A stretch of DNA of 58,439 nt from a virus. Lineage: Duplodnaviria > Caudoviricetes. The notes beneath the pieces were generated by a model. The model ran no database searches, was not told where the DNA came from, and worked only from the letters and a program-made list of their open reading frames with translations. Every line of letters begins with the position of its first letter. The first letter of the stretch is position 1. Made by a program: the position numbers and the translations under genes. The stretch lies in the IMG/VR virus record IMGVR_UViG_3300034091_000288, positions 1 to 58,439 of that record. The stretch is one strand, 5' to 3'. Positions 27,315 to 35,801 of this stretch are shown piece after piece.

Positions 27315-27914
27315 TCAACACGGATCAACACACCTGCCGTAATGCGACACGCGAAACCAGCATTGACATCTGGCACAAAGATGCTTCCCGGCGCTCGCCT
27401 CGTATTTTGCCTGACAGTGCGGACATCGAACGATGAACCCGGGCCCGCCACAAGTGGCCGCGAAAACCAAGGCTCCCATCAAGAAAAGACCGGCAATTAT
27501 AAATATCATCGCTGTCGCTACAGTTCGAGCCGGTCGAGCAAGTTGTGGGCAAAGGCCAGGATTGCCTCGAACTTGTTGTTCTGCTCCTGGAGCTTTTGCG
27601 CCAAGGGCGCGGGCGCATCCACACTGCACCTTGCCCGTTTCGCCCAACACGGACTTATAACAGTACCCGTCGTTGGCCTCAGCATAGACGACCTTGGACT
27701 TCACCATCTCGATACAGGTGCGCTTCGCCAGGGCGAGGGTGGGAAACTTCTCGCTGCCGCCGGTGCCAAGCACCTTGAAGGCCGCCCTCACCTGATAACT
27801 CGGAAAGCGGCGCAGGGTTTCGAACCAGGAGCCCTCGACGGTCTCCGCGATGTGCGCCAGCGGGTAGGCGTCCACCAGGGCGCGGAACGCGTCATGGAAT
27901 TCACCCTGCGTCAC
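27315..27914 (-). CDS. Initiator partner (helicase loader/inhibitor-like N-terminus) with TM + Zn-ribbon tail
   Basis: Overlaps initiator stop; W...L..F...V..A...KFPT pattern. Confidence 0.5.
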   Translation of the reverse strand: MTQGEFHDAFRALVDAYPLAHIAETVEGSWFETLRRFPSYQVRAAFKVLGTGGSEKFPTLALAKRTCIEMVKSKVVYAEANDGYCYKSVLGETGKVQCGCARALGAKAPGAEQQVRGNPGLCPQLARPARTVATAMIFIIAGLFLMGALVFAATCGGPGFIVRCPHCQAKYEASAGKHLCARCQCWFRVSHYGRCVDPC

Positions 27915-28723
27915 TGGATCACCTTGGCGTCTTCCTCGGCATAGCGCTCCAGGCGCTTGGCGTAGGCTTCGAGTTTCGCCTTCGGGCTCACCACTTCCAG
28001 GATGGCCGGATCAAACTTGTCGAAGTTCGCGCAGAAGTACCGCAGGGAACCGCCTTGCTTCAAGTGGAACGGATCGTCCGTCGTGACGTATCCGTCCCAG
28101 TGCGTGCAGAAAGTTTCGATGGACAGATCACCTTTGCGGCGGAACAGAGCGGCGAGCTGGACGAAGTCGGCTTGCGTCCAATTCGGTTTCTGCCCGCCGT
28201 GCTGGTCCTGGTACCTCGAAAAAGCATAGTCGCGGCAAACCACCAGCGGGCTTGCGCTGCTCGGTTTGTGAGCAGCGCCTTCTTGTTCTTCTAAGTACTT
28301 TTCTTCTTTATAGCGGCCACTTTGGTCCGCGCTTTTTGGCCACTTTGGTCCGCTTTCGCGGCCACTTTGGTCCGCTGTGGCCACTTTGGTCCGCTGGCCA
28401 CTTTGGTCCGCAGCCCAGCGCTCATAGTCCTTCTGCAACCCCAACCGCGGGCATTCTCCGGGCGGCCCGGTGCGCTCCACGATCTGGGCGTCGATCAGGG
28501 CTTTAAGTTCCCGGCGCAGCGTTCGCGGGACTAACCCCGTGAGCCGAGCTAGGTCGTGGGCAGAGAGCGGCGCTGTTTTCCGTCCGCCATTGCGGCCATA
28601 GCATTCGCGGATCACCACCAGCAAGATTCGAAATTGGGCGCCGTTCAGCGGCATCCGGGCCAGGGCTTCGAGCAATTCATTCGCGATGCGCGAGAAACCG
28701 TGTTCAAGCTGGACATCGGCCAT
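27911..28723 (-). CDS. Replication initiator (lambda O-like N-terminus)
   Basis: GFSRIANELLEALARMPLNGAQFRILLVVIRECYG; internal iterons; GGAGG RBS. Confidence 0.88.
   Translation of the reverse strand: MADVQLEHGFSRIANELLEALARMPLNGAQFRILLVVIRECYGRNGGRKTAPLSAHDLARLTGLVPRTLRRELKALIDAQIVERTGPPGECPRLGLQKDYERWAADQSGQRTKVATADQSGRESGPKWPKSADQSGRYKEEKYLEEQEGAAHKPSSASPLVVCRDYAFSRYQDQHGGQKPNWTQADFVQLAALFRRKGDLSIETFCTHWDGYVTTDDPFHLKQGGSLRYFCANFDKFDPAILEVVSPKAKLEAYAKRLERYAEEDAKVIQ
28315..28411. repeat. Five 16-bp iterons, putative origin
   Basis: GGCCACTTTGGTCCGC at 28315, 28338, 28360, 28379, 28396; AT-rich tract 28281-28312 adjacent. Confidence 0.9.
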
Positions 28724-28776
28724 CTCAGCCTCCAAGTCTCAAAGTGGAAAACTCTACTTGTGCGTGAGGGAATGCC

Positions 28777-28805
28777 TTGACAAGCTTAGCGGCGAATGGT
28801 AAGAA
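28777..28805 (+). promoter_or_regulatory. Antisense promoter in initiator leader
   Basis: TTGACA-17-TAAGAA with extended TG. Confidence 0.55.
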
Positions 28806-28886
28806 GGGACTGCATAGACGTACATGGCTTCTCAAAGCCTCTCAAGGCGGCCCGGGGATCGACCGGGCCGCCTGCTCACACCCGCC

Positions 28887-28914
28887 AGCCTACTACTCGC
28901 AGAAACCCTGTCAA
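28887..28914 (-). promoter_or_regulatory. Initiator gene promoter
   Basis: TTGACA-16-TAGGCT. Confidence 0.6.
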
Positions 28915-29044
28915 CGCGTAGATTTTTGCGTGAAATTCCTACGCCGTAGGAATTAACCCGGACACTTATGTAGCCCAGGTGCGCCGCAGGCGCATGAACA
29001 TTTGGTGAAATGGATGTGTATCCGTAGGAATTAGGCCCGGAAAG

Positions 29045-29575
29045 TCACAGCCGGTTGTCTCGGATGAAAGCGCGTAGACGGCTGTAGGCGGTCTCCAGCC
29101 TCACGCCCGGATACGCTTCGCGGGCGATCTGCCGCTGGCTCACGCCCTCGGCGAGCCGGCGCTTCACCAACTCGACGCGCTTCTGCTTGGGCTGCGGGCC
29201 GGGCTGCGCGGGCACGTCGATGTAATCGGCGACGGCAGCGGGCGGCTTGCGCGCGCAGCTCGCGTGGTAGGCTTTGAGCGCCTGGGCCTTGTCCTTCACG
29301 ATGCGCAGATCGGGCGCGCCCGGATCAAGCGGCTGCCGGCAACCCCCGCATTGCAGCTTCACGCACAGCGTGGGCGTGGGATGCGTGAGCCGCAGGACGC
29401 GCTGATAGTAGCTGCCGCCTTCCTGCGCCAGCGTGTCGAACTCCACGCGCTCCACTTGCATGAGCCGGTAAGGCGCGCCGGTCTTAAACCACACGTCCAG
29501 CGTGCGGTGCTCGGGGTGATAGCACGCGCGGCTCAGCGTCGTGCTGTGCGGGAACTGCGCTTCCAGATCGTTCAT
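29045..29575 (-). CDS. KTSC domain - Zn finger - HTH protein
   Basis: STTL..ACY.PE.RTLDVWFKTG.PY; CGGC..HASC; GVSQRQIARE. Confidence 0.65.
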   Translation of the reverse strand: MNDLEAQFPHSTTLSRACYHPEHRTLDVWFKTGAPYRLMQVERVEFDTLAQEGGSYYQRVLRLTHPTPTLCVKLQCGGCRQPLDPGAPDLRIVKDKAQALKAYHASCARKPPAAVADYIDVPAQPGPQPKQKRVELVKRRLAEGVSQRQIAREAYPGVRLETAYSRLRAFIRDNRL

Positions 29576-29799
29576 AGTCGCTCCTTGAGAGCCCGCCAGA
29601 TGGCCCAGCAGGTGACGGGCACCCCGACCAGCATACAGAGTGCGGCCAGCGTCAGCCGATACGTGCGCAGGGGCAAGAGTGAGGGCAGATCGGCGTAGGG
29701 GACCTCTTTGCGCATTTCCTTTCGGTCCACCGTGAGGAAGACGCGCAGGCCGAACAGCAGATAGAGCCAGAAGCCGAAGAGGACGACCGCAGGTCTCAC
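29572..29799 (-). CDS. Two-TM membrane protein
   Basis: Two hydrophobic segments; overlapping start/stop. Confidence 0.6.
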   Translation of the reverse strand: MRPAVVLFGFWLYLLFGLRVFLTVDRKEMRKEVPYADLPSLLPLRTYRLTLAALCMLVGVPVTCWAIWRALKERL

Positions 29800-30041
29800 G
29801 GTTCTTTCCCTCCCGCGCTGACGGCGGTCTTGGTGCGCGACGACAGCGCTCCCAGCAGCGCGCCCGCCACGCCGCTCAGGAGATGGCTGAAGATGCTGCC
29901 CAGGGAAGAATTGGGCGTCGTGACGGGATGATAGGTGACGTACAGCGCCACGGCGCTGAACAGCAGCGTCAGGAAGACCAGCAGGAAGATCGCGCCGCCT
30001 GCCGTGTTGAGCGAGTCGAGGAAGTTATCCCACCTACTCAT
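29796..30041 (-). CDS. Two-TM membrane protein, holin candidate
   Basis: MSRWDNFLDSL..., two TMs, basic tail. Confidence 0.5.
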   Translation of the reverse strand: MSRWDNFLDSLNTAGGAIFLLVFLTLLFSAVALYVTYHPVTTPNSSLGSIFSHLLSGVAGALLGALSSRTKTAVSAGGKEP

Positions 30042-30292
30042 GCGCGCCTCCAGGTTGCCGTGAGAAAGACTTGGCCCCACACCCGGTCTTCGTTCACCTC
30101 CACGACGATCAAAGGCAGCACTTGGCCGGGAAAGGGCGTGCTGCCCACATGCGCCTGCGCGCCCAGCGGCCACTGGCCCGCGTCGATGCGCTCCCGGATG
30201 CTGCGCGAATCCGTGCGCCGCCGCTGAATCTGTTCCACGTCCGCGTTCGTCAGCTTGTAGTGGACGATGCGCCCAACCGAGATCATTTCCAT
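30038..30292 (-). CDS. Phage hypothetical protein
   Basis: GAGGAG RBS; SVGRIVHY motif. Confidence 0.7.
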   Translation of the reverse strand: MEMISVGRIVHYKLTNADVEQIQRRRTDSRSIRERIDAGQWPLGAQAHVGSTPFPGQVLPLIVVEVNEDRVWGQVFLTATWRRA

Positions 30293-30303
30293 GGTGTCGC
30301 TCC

Positions 30304-30534
30304 TCAGATGCGAAATTTACGAACAGCTTGGTTGGGTTGCGTGCCCCGGCGTGCGCGGCCATCGTTCGCGGCGAGGGCGAAGCAATCGCACGCGCCGATC
30401 ACGCTGGGATGATAGTCCGCAACGTGCGCGGGCCCCCGCTGCCGATGAATCGCGAAGGCCCGGTCGGAGAGTTGGTTCTGCTCCCGCAAGAACAACCGTT
30501 CGAACTGGCGAGAAGCTCGATAGGCGTCGTTCAT
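30304..30534 (-). CDS. Hypothetical protein
   Basis: Co-oriented, ATGA overlap. Confidence 0.45.
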   Translation of the reverse strand: MNDAYRASRQFERLFLREQNQLSDRAFAIHRQRGPAHVADYHPSVIGACDCFALAANDGRARRGTQPNQAVRKFRI

Positions 30535-30849
30535 TTCAGTCGTCGGCTCAGCGATTGCGCAACGCCGCGCCCGCCGATGATTCCAATGTTGGGCGGGCCC
30601 GGCTCAGCGGCCTCCTTCGTCTCCTGGGCTCGCTGCACTAGGTCGCGGATCTTCGCCCGCATCTCGCGAATGTCCCGCCGCGCCGCCAGCTTCGCCATGT
30701 CGCGCAACTGCGGACGGGTGTGCTCGCGGTGCAGGAGCGGACGTCCCGCGTGATCGCGCACCGCGACGAAGCCGCCGGGGAAGTCGATCTGCTTGATGCG
30801 GTTCCAGTGCCGAAGGAAGAGTTCGCGGTACAAGGCGGGTTTGCCCATG
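30531..30849 (-). CDS. Basic hypothetical protein
   Basis: GGAG then MGKPALY. Confidence 0.5.
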
Positions 30850-30930
30850 TCGCTCCAGAAAGGCGGGGCCACGATCTTCCGTGGCCCCTGTTTGCATCGT
30901 TGCGCCCTTGGCGCGTGATGAACTTTGAAC

Positions 30931-31461
30931 TTATTTGACCAAGCGCGGGTCGAGACGACCGTACGCGGACTTGAACTGCTCCGCACCCCAGCCTCGCGCG
31001 TTGCCGTGACTCTTGAGCACGAGCTTGGCCGAGACGTGGGTCGCCGACGGGTAGTCCGCTGCGATTTGCGCCAGGGCGTCTGCGAACACCCCGGCCAGCT
31101 CCGTGATGAGCGCGGCCTCGCCGGGATTCTTGACAAACACTTCGAAGGCGGCAATCTCCTGGTCCGCCTGCGTGATAGCGGCGGAGATGGCCGCGAGGTT
31201 GCCCGCGGACTGATTCTTTAGATACGCTTGCGCCGCATCTTCGACAGCCTGGAACACGCCCGCGACCTTCTGGACTTCTTGCGCGTCAGCGGGCGCCAGC
31301 AGTTGCGTGGCGGCTTGGGCGGCCACCACGGTGACCTTGGCAATGTCGAGGACCGTCTGCGCCCACGCCACCTGGCTGGGCGTGCAGGAAAAGTGCAGGC
31401 CGGCCGCTCCCAACGTGAGCGCCAGCGCGACGACCAGTAAAGACTTCCGGTGATCGGTCAT
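30931..31461 (-). CDS. Predicted lipoprotein
   Basis: Signal peptide ending LHFSC; AGGAG RBS. Confidence 0.65.
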   Translation of the reverse strand: MTDHRKSLLVVALALTLGAAGLHFSCTPSQVAWAQTVLDIAKVTVVAAQAATQLLAPADAQEVQKVAGVFQAVEDAAQAYLKNQSAGNLAAISAAITQADQEIAAFEVFVKNPGEAALITELAGVFADALAQIAADYPSATHVSAKLVLKSHGNARGWGAEQFKSAYGRLDPRLVK

Positions 31462-31473
31462 GGTGTGTCTCCT

Positions 31474-31845
31474 CTAGAGGGTGCCTTCCACGGCGCTCGA
31501 CCGCTCGACGATTTCGAGCGCCTCCAAACTTTGCCGCAACGTCTTGAGCCGCTGAAGGTTGGCCCCGACTTCCGACTCCAGGTATTTTTGCCGCAGCTCG
31601 CGGCGGTTCACTTCTTTGCGCAAGCCCGCGATGACGGCAGCCAGGCCTGCGTCGTTCGCCTGCGCCGGGGTGAGCTTGCGCGCCTGGGCTTCCTGGAGCT
31701 GTGCCTTGCGATGCCCGCGCACGTAGACGAACTTGCCCGCCGCAGGCAGCAAGTGCTTACAGCCGCACGCGCAAAACTTGAAGCCTGGGGGCGGGCTGGT
31801 GACGGTCAAGTCGACGTCCGGCATTCCGACGGAGTGCGTGCTCAT
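31474..31845 (-). CDS. CxCGC-motif coiled-coil protein
   Basis: CACGC...GH; upstream GTGACA-17-TAGCAT. Confidence 0.6.
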   Translation of the reverse strand: MSTHSVGMPDVDLTVTSPPPGFKFCACGCKHLLPAAGKFVYVRGHRKAQLQEAQARKLTPAQANDAGLAAVIAGLRKEVNRRELRQKYLESEVGANLQRLKTLRQSLEALEIVERSSAVEGTL

Positions 31846-31903
31846 GGTGTGGGCGTCATGCTACACCAGAAAGCCCTGCTTGTCACAAGGTTTTCCGGCG
31901 CGC

Positions 31904-32425
31904 TCAATGGACCGTGTACGTCAGGGTCCCGGGCGGCTGCACCGCCGGGGGCGACGCGCTCGACACGTTCGTGAAAGGGCCGAGGAGGAAGGTCTGCGAT
32001 TGGGCGGCGAGCCCCAGCGACGCCGGGGCATACACCATCACGCCGGTCGTGGGGGTATAGATGGCCCAAACCTGCGGCGGGCTTCCCGGCCCGAGATAGA
32101 GCCAGTCCATCACTTCCATGGACTTGAGCAGGCCGTCCTGGATCTTGACCTGCATGTAGCCGCCCTTGATGGCCGTGGCGCTCCAGGTCGAGCCGCTCCC
32201 CTTCGCGGCCAGGAAAGCATCGTAGCGCGCCGCCGCCGGAGTCGAGGGCGGAGCCGTCCCCATGCTGAAGTACGCGTCATAGGGACCAGCGGGGCCGGGC
32301 GTCAGCGTGACGGTCACCGGCGTGTAGGTGAGGAGGATCGGCGCGGGTTGCGGGGTGGGCGTCCCCAGCATGGCCGAGCCGAACACAACGGCCCACAGCA
32401 GGCCGAGCCCAAAACGGCGTTTCAT
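31904..32425 (-). CDS. Secreted beta-rich protein
   Basis: Signal peptide; GAGG RBS. Confidence 0.65.
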   Translation of the reverse strand: MKRRFGLGLLWAVVFGSAMLGTPTPQPAPILLTYTPVTVTLTPGPAGPYDAYFSMGTAPPSTPAAARYDAFLAAKGSGSTWSATAIKGGYMQVKIQDGLLKSMEVMDWLYLGPGSPPQVWAIYTPTTGVMVYAPASLGLAAQSQTFLLGPFTNVSSASPPAVQPPGTLTYTVH

Positions 32426-32428
32426 GTT

Positions 32429-32674
32429 TCACCTCGCGACGTGGCGTGCCTTCCGCTTGCGGTAGCGCACGATCATGTCGATGCGGTCGTGCACATCCAG
32501 CTTCTCGAAGATCACGCGCAGCTGATTCTTGACGCTCTGCACTTGCATGAACAGGGCGTCCGCAATCTGTTTGTTCGGGTACCCGTCGAGCACATAATCG
32601 GCGATGGCCCGCTGGCGGGGAGTCAACGCCTTGAACTTGGGGCCTTTCAAGCTCTTAGTTTCGTGCCACACCAC
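32429..32674 (-). CDS. LuxR/GerE-type HTH protein
   Basis: LTPRQRAI...GYPNKQIADAL...SVKNQL..IFEKLDV..R. Confidence 0.88.
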   Translation of the reverse strand: MVWHETKSLKGPKFKALTPRQRAIADYVLDGYPNKQIADALFMQVQSVKNQLRVIFEKLDVHDRIDMIVRYRKRKARHVAR

Positions 32675-34445
32675 TGGAGCGCATTCCTTTCCACCCGCAG
32701 CCCCGGCAGACCGCCACTTCGCCGTACACGCTGACGGCCTGATGGCATTGCGGGCACAAGTTGGGTTTGGGTTGGGGACGCGGCGCGACCACCGCCCCCG
32801 GGTCGGTGAGAAAACGGTCGGCCCCGAAGATGCCGCGCTGCTGCGCGAGGTTGGCCTGCGCCGTGGCGAGATCGACGCCGACCGGCACGGTCTCCGCCAG
32901 ATGCTGGGCCTCGATCTCCCGTTGCTTGACTTGCTGGCCCCACAGTTGCACGAGGGGATGCACGGCACACCCGCTTTCCGCCGAGATCGCGAGGCACCAG
33001 GCCCACCAGTGGTCCGCATGGCCATACTTCTCGTCGTGGTCCGCATCGAAGCGCGCCTGGCCCGTGGCGGTCACGGTTTTCTTCACACTGCGGAAGGAGT
33101 TGCGCACCATCGGCGTGTCCGGAATGCGCACGCGCCGCTCTTCCATGCGCCGCTTGGCCTCGACCGCCATCGCCTCTTTGGCTTGCAGCGTGAAAGTTAC
33201 ACCTTCCACCTGCCCGCTGCCAAACTCTTTTTGCAGGACTTCAAAGATCGTGAGCCCCATCGAGCCCGTGTCGATGGCCATGCGGTAGACCAGCGGCGGC
33301 GTGGGCGGTCCCCCTTCGAACCTGGGCGGGCCGGGCGCCAGCACGCGCCGCGCTTCTTCGATCTGTTCGGGCGTCGGGCGCTTGGACAGCTCCAGGATGC
33401 CGCGGCATACCGTGATGTCGCCCACCACTTCATTGAACCAGATCACCGACAAGTCCTTGTGGCGCGCTATGTCCCAGCCCGCGTAGAGGTTGCGGTACTG
33501 GTCGCGGGACGGCGGGTTGTTCCCGAGCTGCCCCAGCTCTTGGGTCACGAGCGTGTCGATGTTGGGCGCGTCCATCAGCTCGGGCGGAATCCACTGCTGC
33601 GCCGTGCTGATAAACTGACAGAGAAATTCCTGGAGCCAAGTGTCTTCGTCCCCCGTGCTGCTCATGGCCCCCTGGCGGATCTCGTCCGCATCCACCGGGA
33701 AACCTTCCGCGATGGCGCGGTGGATGTCCACCCAATGCAGCGACCAGCCGTCCTTCACGTACCGCGCACCCTTGAGCCGCGCTTCGCGCACCGACGTGGG
33801 CTCGTGCCCGTCCGCCAACCCGAACTTCTTCGCCATGTCGTAGAAGCGCCCTTGCTGCCCGTTGGGCGTCGACAGAATCCGCATCTTGTATCCCAGCGTG
33901 ATCTGCCGGTAAGCCGCTTTGAAGATTTCTTCCGACTGCGGATGGAAGGCGTATTCGTCGAGCACCACGTCGCCCGTGTAGCCGCGCGCCGTCTCGGGGT
34001 TCGACGAGAGCGCGATGATGCGGGAATTGTTGGGGAAGCGAATGTAGTGCTCCAGCATGAGCGTGTCTTTGAAGAAGCCGTGATCGAGATGGGCTTCCAC
34101 GCCCTTCAGCTTTTGCACCAACATCTTGGCCTTGCGCGCCAGCTCTTTGGCCTGGGGCTCCGTGCGGGAAAGGATGATGACCAGGTGGTTGTCGCGGGCA
34201 ATGCACTCGCCCACCGCCCACGCCGCGCTCGCCGTCGACATCCCGATCTGCGCGCCCTTCACGCAGAAGATGAGCCGGCCCGGATCGTTGATGTAGTCCG
34301 CCTGAAACGGACGCCAGGGAATCGTCGGGTCAAACTTGGGCGCCGCCACCTGCACCGTTTCCACCACTTTGCGCTTCGGGTAGGGCCGCCCGCGAGACTT
34401 GCGAGATGACTTCGGCTTCGATGACTTGCGGGGGTCGGTTGACAA
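32655..34445 (-). CDS. terL: Terminase large subunit (Mu gp28-like)
   Basis: KGAQIGMS, ARGYTGDVVLDEYAF, ILSTPNG, GWDIARHKD, GHAD; start uncertain. Confidence 0.9.
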   Translation of the reverse strand: MSTDPRKSSKPKSSRKSRGRPYPKRKVVETVQVAAPKFDPTIPWRPFQADYINDPGRLIFCVKGAQIGMSTASAAWAVGECIARDNHLVIILSRTEPQAKELARKAKMLVQKLKGVEAHLDHGFFKDTLMLEHYIRFPNNSRIIALSSNPETARGYTGDVVLDEYAFHPQSEEIFKAAYRQITLGYKMRILSTPNGQQGRFYDMAKKFGLADGHEPTSVREARLKGARYVKDGWSLHWVDIHRAIAEGFPVDADEIRQGAMSSTGDEDTWLQEFLCQFISTAQQWIPPELMDAPNIDTLVTQELGQLGNNPPSRDQYRNLYAGWDIARHKDLSVIWFNEVVGDITVCRGILELSKRPTPEQIEEARRVLAPGPPRFEGGPPTPPLVYRMAIDTGSMGLTIFEVLQKEFGSGQVEGVTFTLQAKEAMAVEAKRRMEERRVRIPDTPMVRNSFRSVKKTVTATGQARFDADHDEKYGHADHWWAWCLAISAESGCAVHPLVQLWGQQVKQREIEAQHLAETVPVGVDLATAQANLAQQRGIFGADRFLTDPGAVVAPRPQPKPNLCPQCHQAVSVYGEVAVCRGCGWKGMRSSGVARN

Positions 34446-34914
34446 AGCCCAATGCCTCCCTCACCGCGAGGATGAAGTCCGCACGGTCCGGGGGCAACGG
34501 CGTCCCGCCCGGCCCGCTCAACTCCGTCCGCTCCACCTTCGCAAAGTTTTCCGGCCAGCGGCGCTCCAGCAGCCACGCGGCCGCCGTCCACTGCCCGTTC
34601 TTCGCCGCAATCAGGATGATCGACGTGAGCCCCTGGATCAATTTCGAGTTCGCCTGCTTTATCGCCATGCACAGCGCGTTTCTCTTCTTCATGGCGCGCG
34701 TGAGCGTGGACTCGTCAATACCCGCCAAGTGACAGGCGTGGGCCTGGGGGACGCCGATGGCGATAGCATCGGTGATGATCTTGACGCGCTTGGGCGTGAC
34801 GAGCGAAGCGCCGGGCTTGCGGCTGTAGGTGCGGGGGCGGCGCAGGCGGCGCAAGCGTGGGGTGCGGAGCTTTTTCTTGCCGGGGGTGGAACGGGATTTA
34901 GGAGAGGCCGCCAT
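34330..34914 (-). CDS. terS: Terminase small subunit
   Basis: HTH, WTAAAWLLERRWPE, ELSGPGG; upstream of terL. Confidence 0.8.
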   Translation of the reverse strand: MAASPKSRSTPGKKKLRTPRLRRLRRPRTYSRKPGASLVTPKRVKIITDAIAIGVPQAHACHLAGIDESTLTRAMKKRNALCMAIKQANSKLIQGLTSIILIAAKNGQWTAAAWLLERRWPENFAKVERTELSGPGGTPLPPDRADFILAVREALGFVNRPPQVIEAEVISQVSRAALPEAQSGGNGAGGGAQV

Positions 34915-34922
34915 CGGGATGC

Positions 34923-34952
34923 ATTATAAGCACCGAGGGCGCTGAAAGTCAC
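34923..34952 (-). promoter_or_regulatory. terS promoter, probably leaderless
   Basis: GTGACT-18-TATAAT, 8 nt before ATG, no RBS. Confidence 0.55.
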
Positions 34953-34982
34953 CGGAAGAGTTTCTCTCAGCACCCCCAGCAC

Positions 34983-35123
34983 TTATCCCGAGGGAGCGTT
35001 ACTTCCGCGCCGTGCTTTCTTGGGCTTTGCGGGTGGCTTTCCGGCCCGAACCCGCCGAGGCCGTGCCGTCGCCGTGGTGACGCCGCGTCCGGTACCACGA
35101 GTGGTGAGTCGTTCTCCAGGCAT
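34983..35123 (-). CDS. 46-aa Arg/Lys-rich peptide (not in ORF track)
   Basis: AGGAGG RBS; MPGERLTTRGTGRGVTTATARPRRVRAGKPPAKPKKARRGSNAPSG. Confidence 0.7.
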   Translation of the reverse strand: MPGERLTTRGTGRGVTTATARPRRVRAGKPPAKPKKARRGSNAPSG

Positions 35124-35202
35124 ATAGAAACCCTCCTGCCTAATTAGGCAAACAAAACATAGAAGGTGGAATGTGAGGCGTCAAACGGAAAGTTGCGAAG
35201 GG

Positions 35203-35592
35203 TCACTCGTCAATGCGGAACTTGCGCACCGGAGCGATGGGCAGGGAAGGAGGCTTGTCCCCCCGCGCCTGCGGCGCGGGATCGACCGGACGCCACATCC
35301 CCTCCGTGCTCGCCACCGTGAGACTTTCCCCTGGGTTCAAAATCACGGTCAGCGGGCTCGCCGGGTCCAAAGGAGCATCTGGCCCGCGCCACGCGGAATA
35401 ATCCGGCTCCAATTCTCTCGTGAGATCGGCCTCCTCCCCTCGTGCCGCCTGCGCCAAGCGCTGGCGGTCGATCTCCAAGCCCATGCGCTCGCGGTATTCC
35501 TTCATCGAAATCAAGCCCTGGCGTACTAGACGGAGCAGCGTGGGTTGTTCGTCCGTGAGGATGCGCTCCTCGTCCCGCCGCTGCTGCTCCAT
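35203..35592 (-). CDS. Hypothetical protein
   Basis: GAGG RBS, co-oriented. Confidence 0.55.
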   Translation of the reverse strand: MEQQRRDEERILTDEQPTLLRLVRQGLISMKEYRERMGLEIDRQRLAQAARGEEADLTRELEPDYSAWRGPDAPLDPASPLTVILNPGESLTVASTEGMWRPVDPAPQARGDKPPSLPIAPVRKFRIDE

Positions 35593-35801
35593 CGGCGTGC
35601 CTCGGCCGCCAGCCGCACCAACTCCGCCCAGCGCGCCACTTGGTCCCGCACTTTCTGCCGCTTGAGCTTCTGCAAGGCGTTGCTCTCCAGCACGCGCACC
35701 CGATCAATCGTGAGCCGCATCTGCCGGGCCACGGTCTCGAAACTGCAAGCGCGGTGCTCCGGGTCAAAGTCCGTGCCGAGACGGCGGGGCTGTCGCTTCA
35801 T
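35526..35801 (-). CDS. Stand-alone sigma70 region 4 HTH protein
   Basis: SFETVARQMRLTIDRVRVLESNALQKLK. Confidence 0.75.
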   Translation of the reverse strand: MKRQPRRLGTDFDPEHRACSFETVARQMRLTIDRVRVLESNALQKLKRQKVRDQVARWAELVRLAAEARRWSSSGGTRSASSRTNNPRCSV

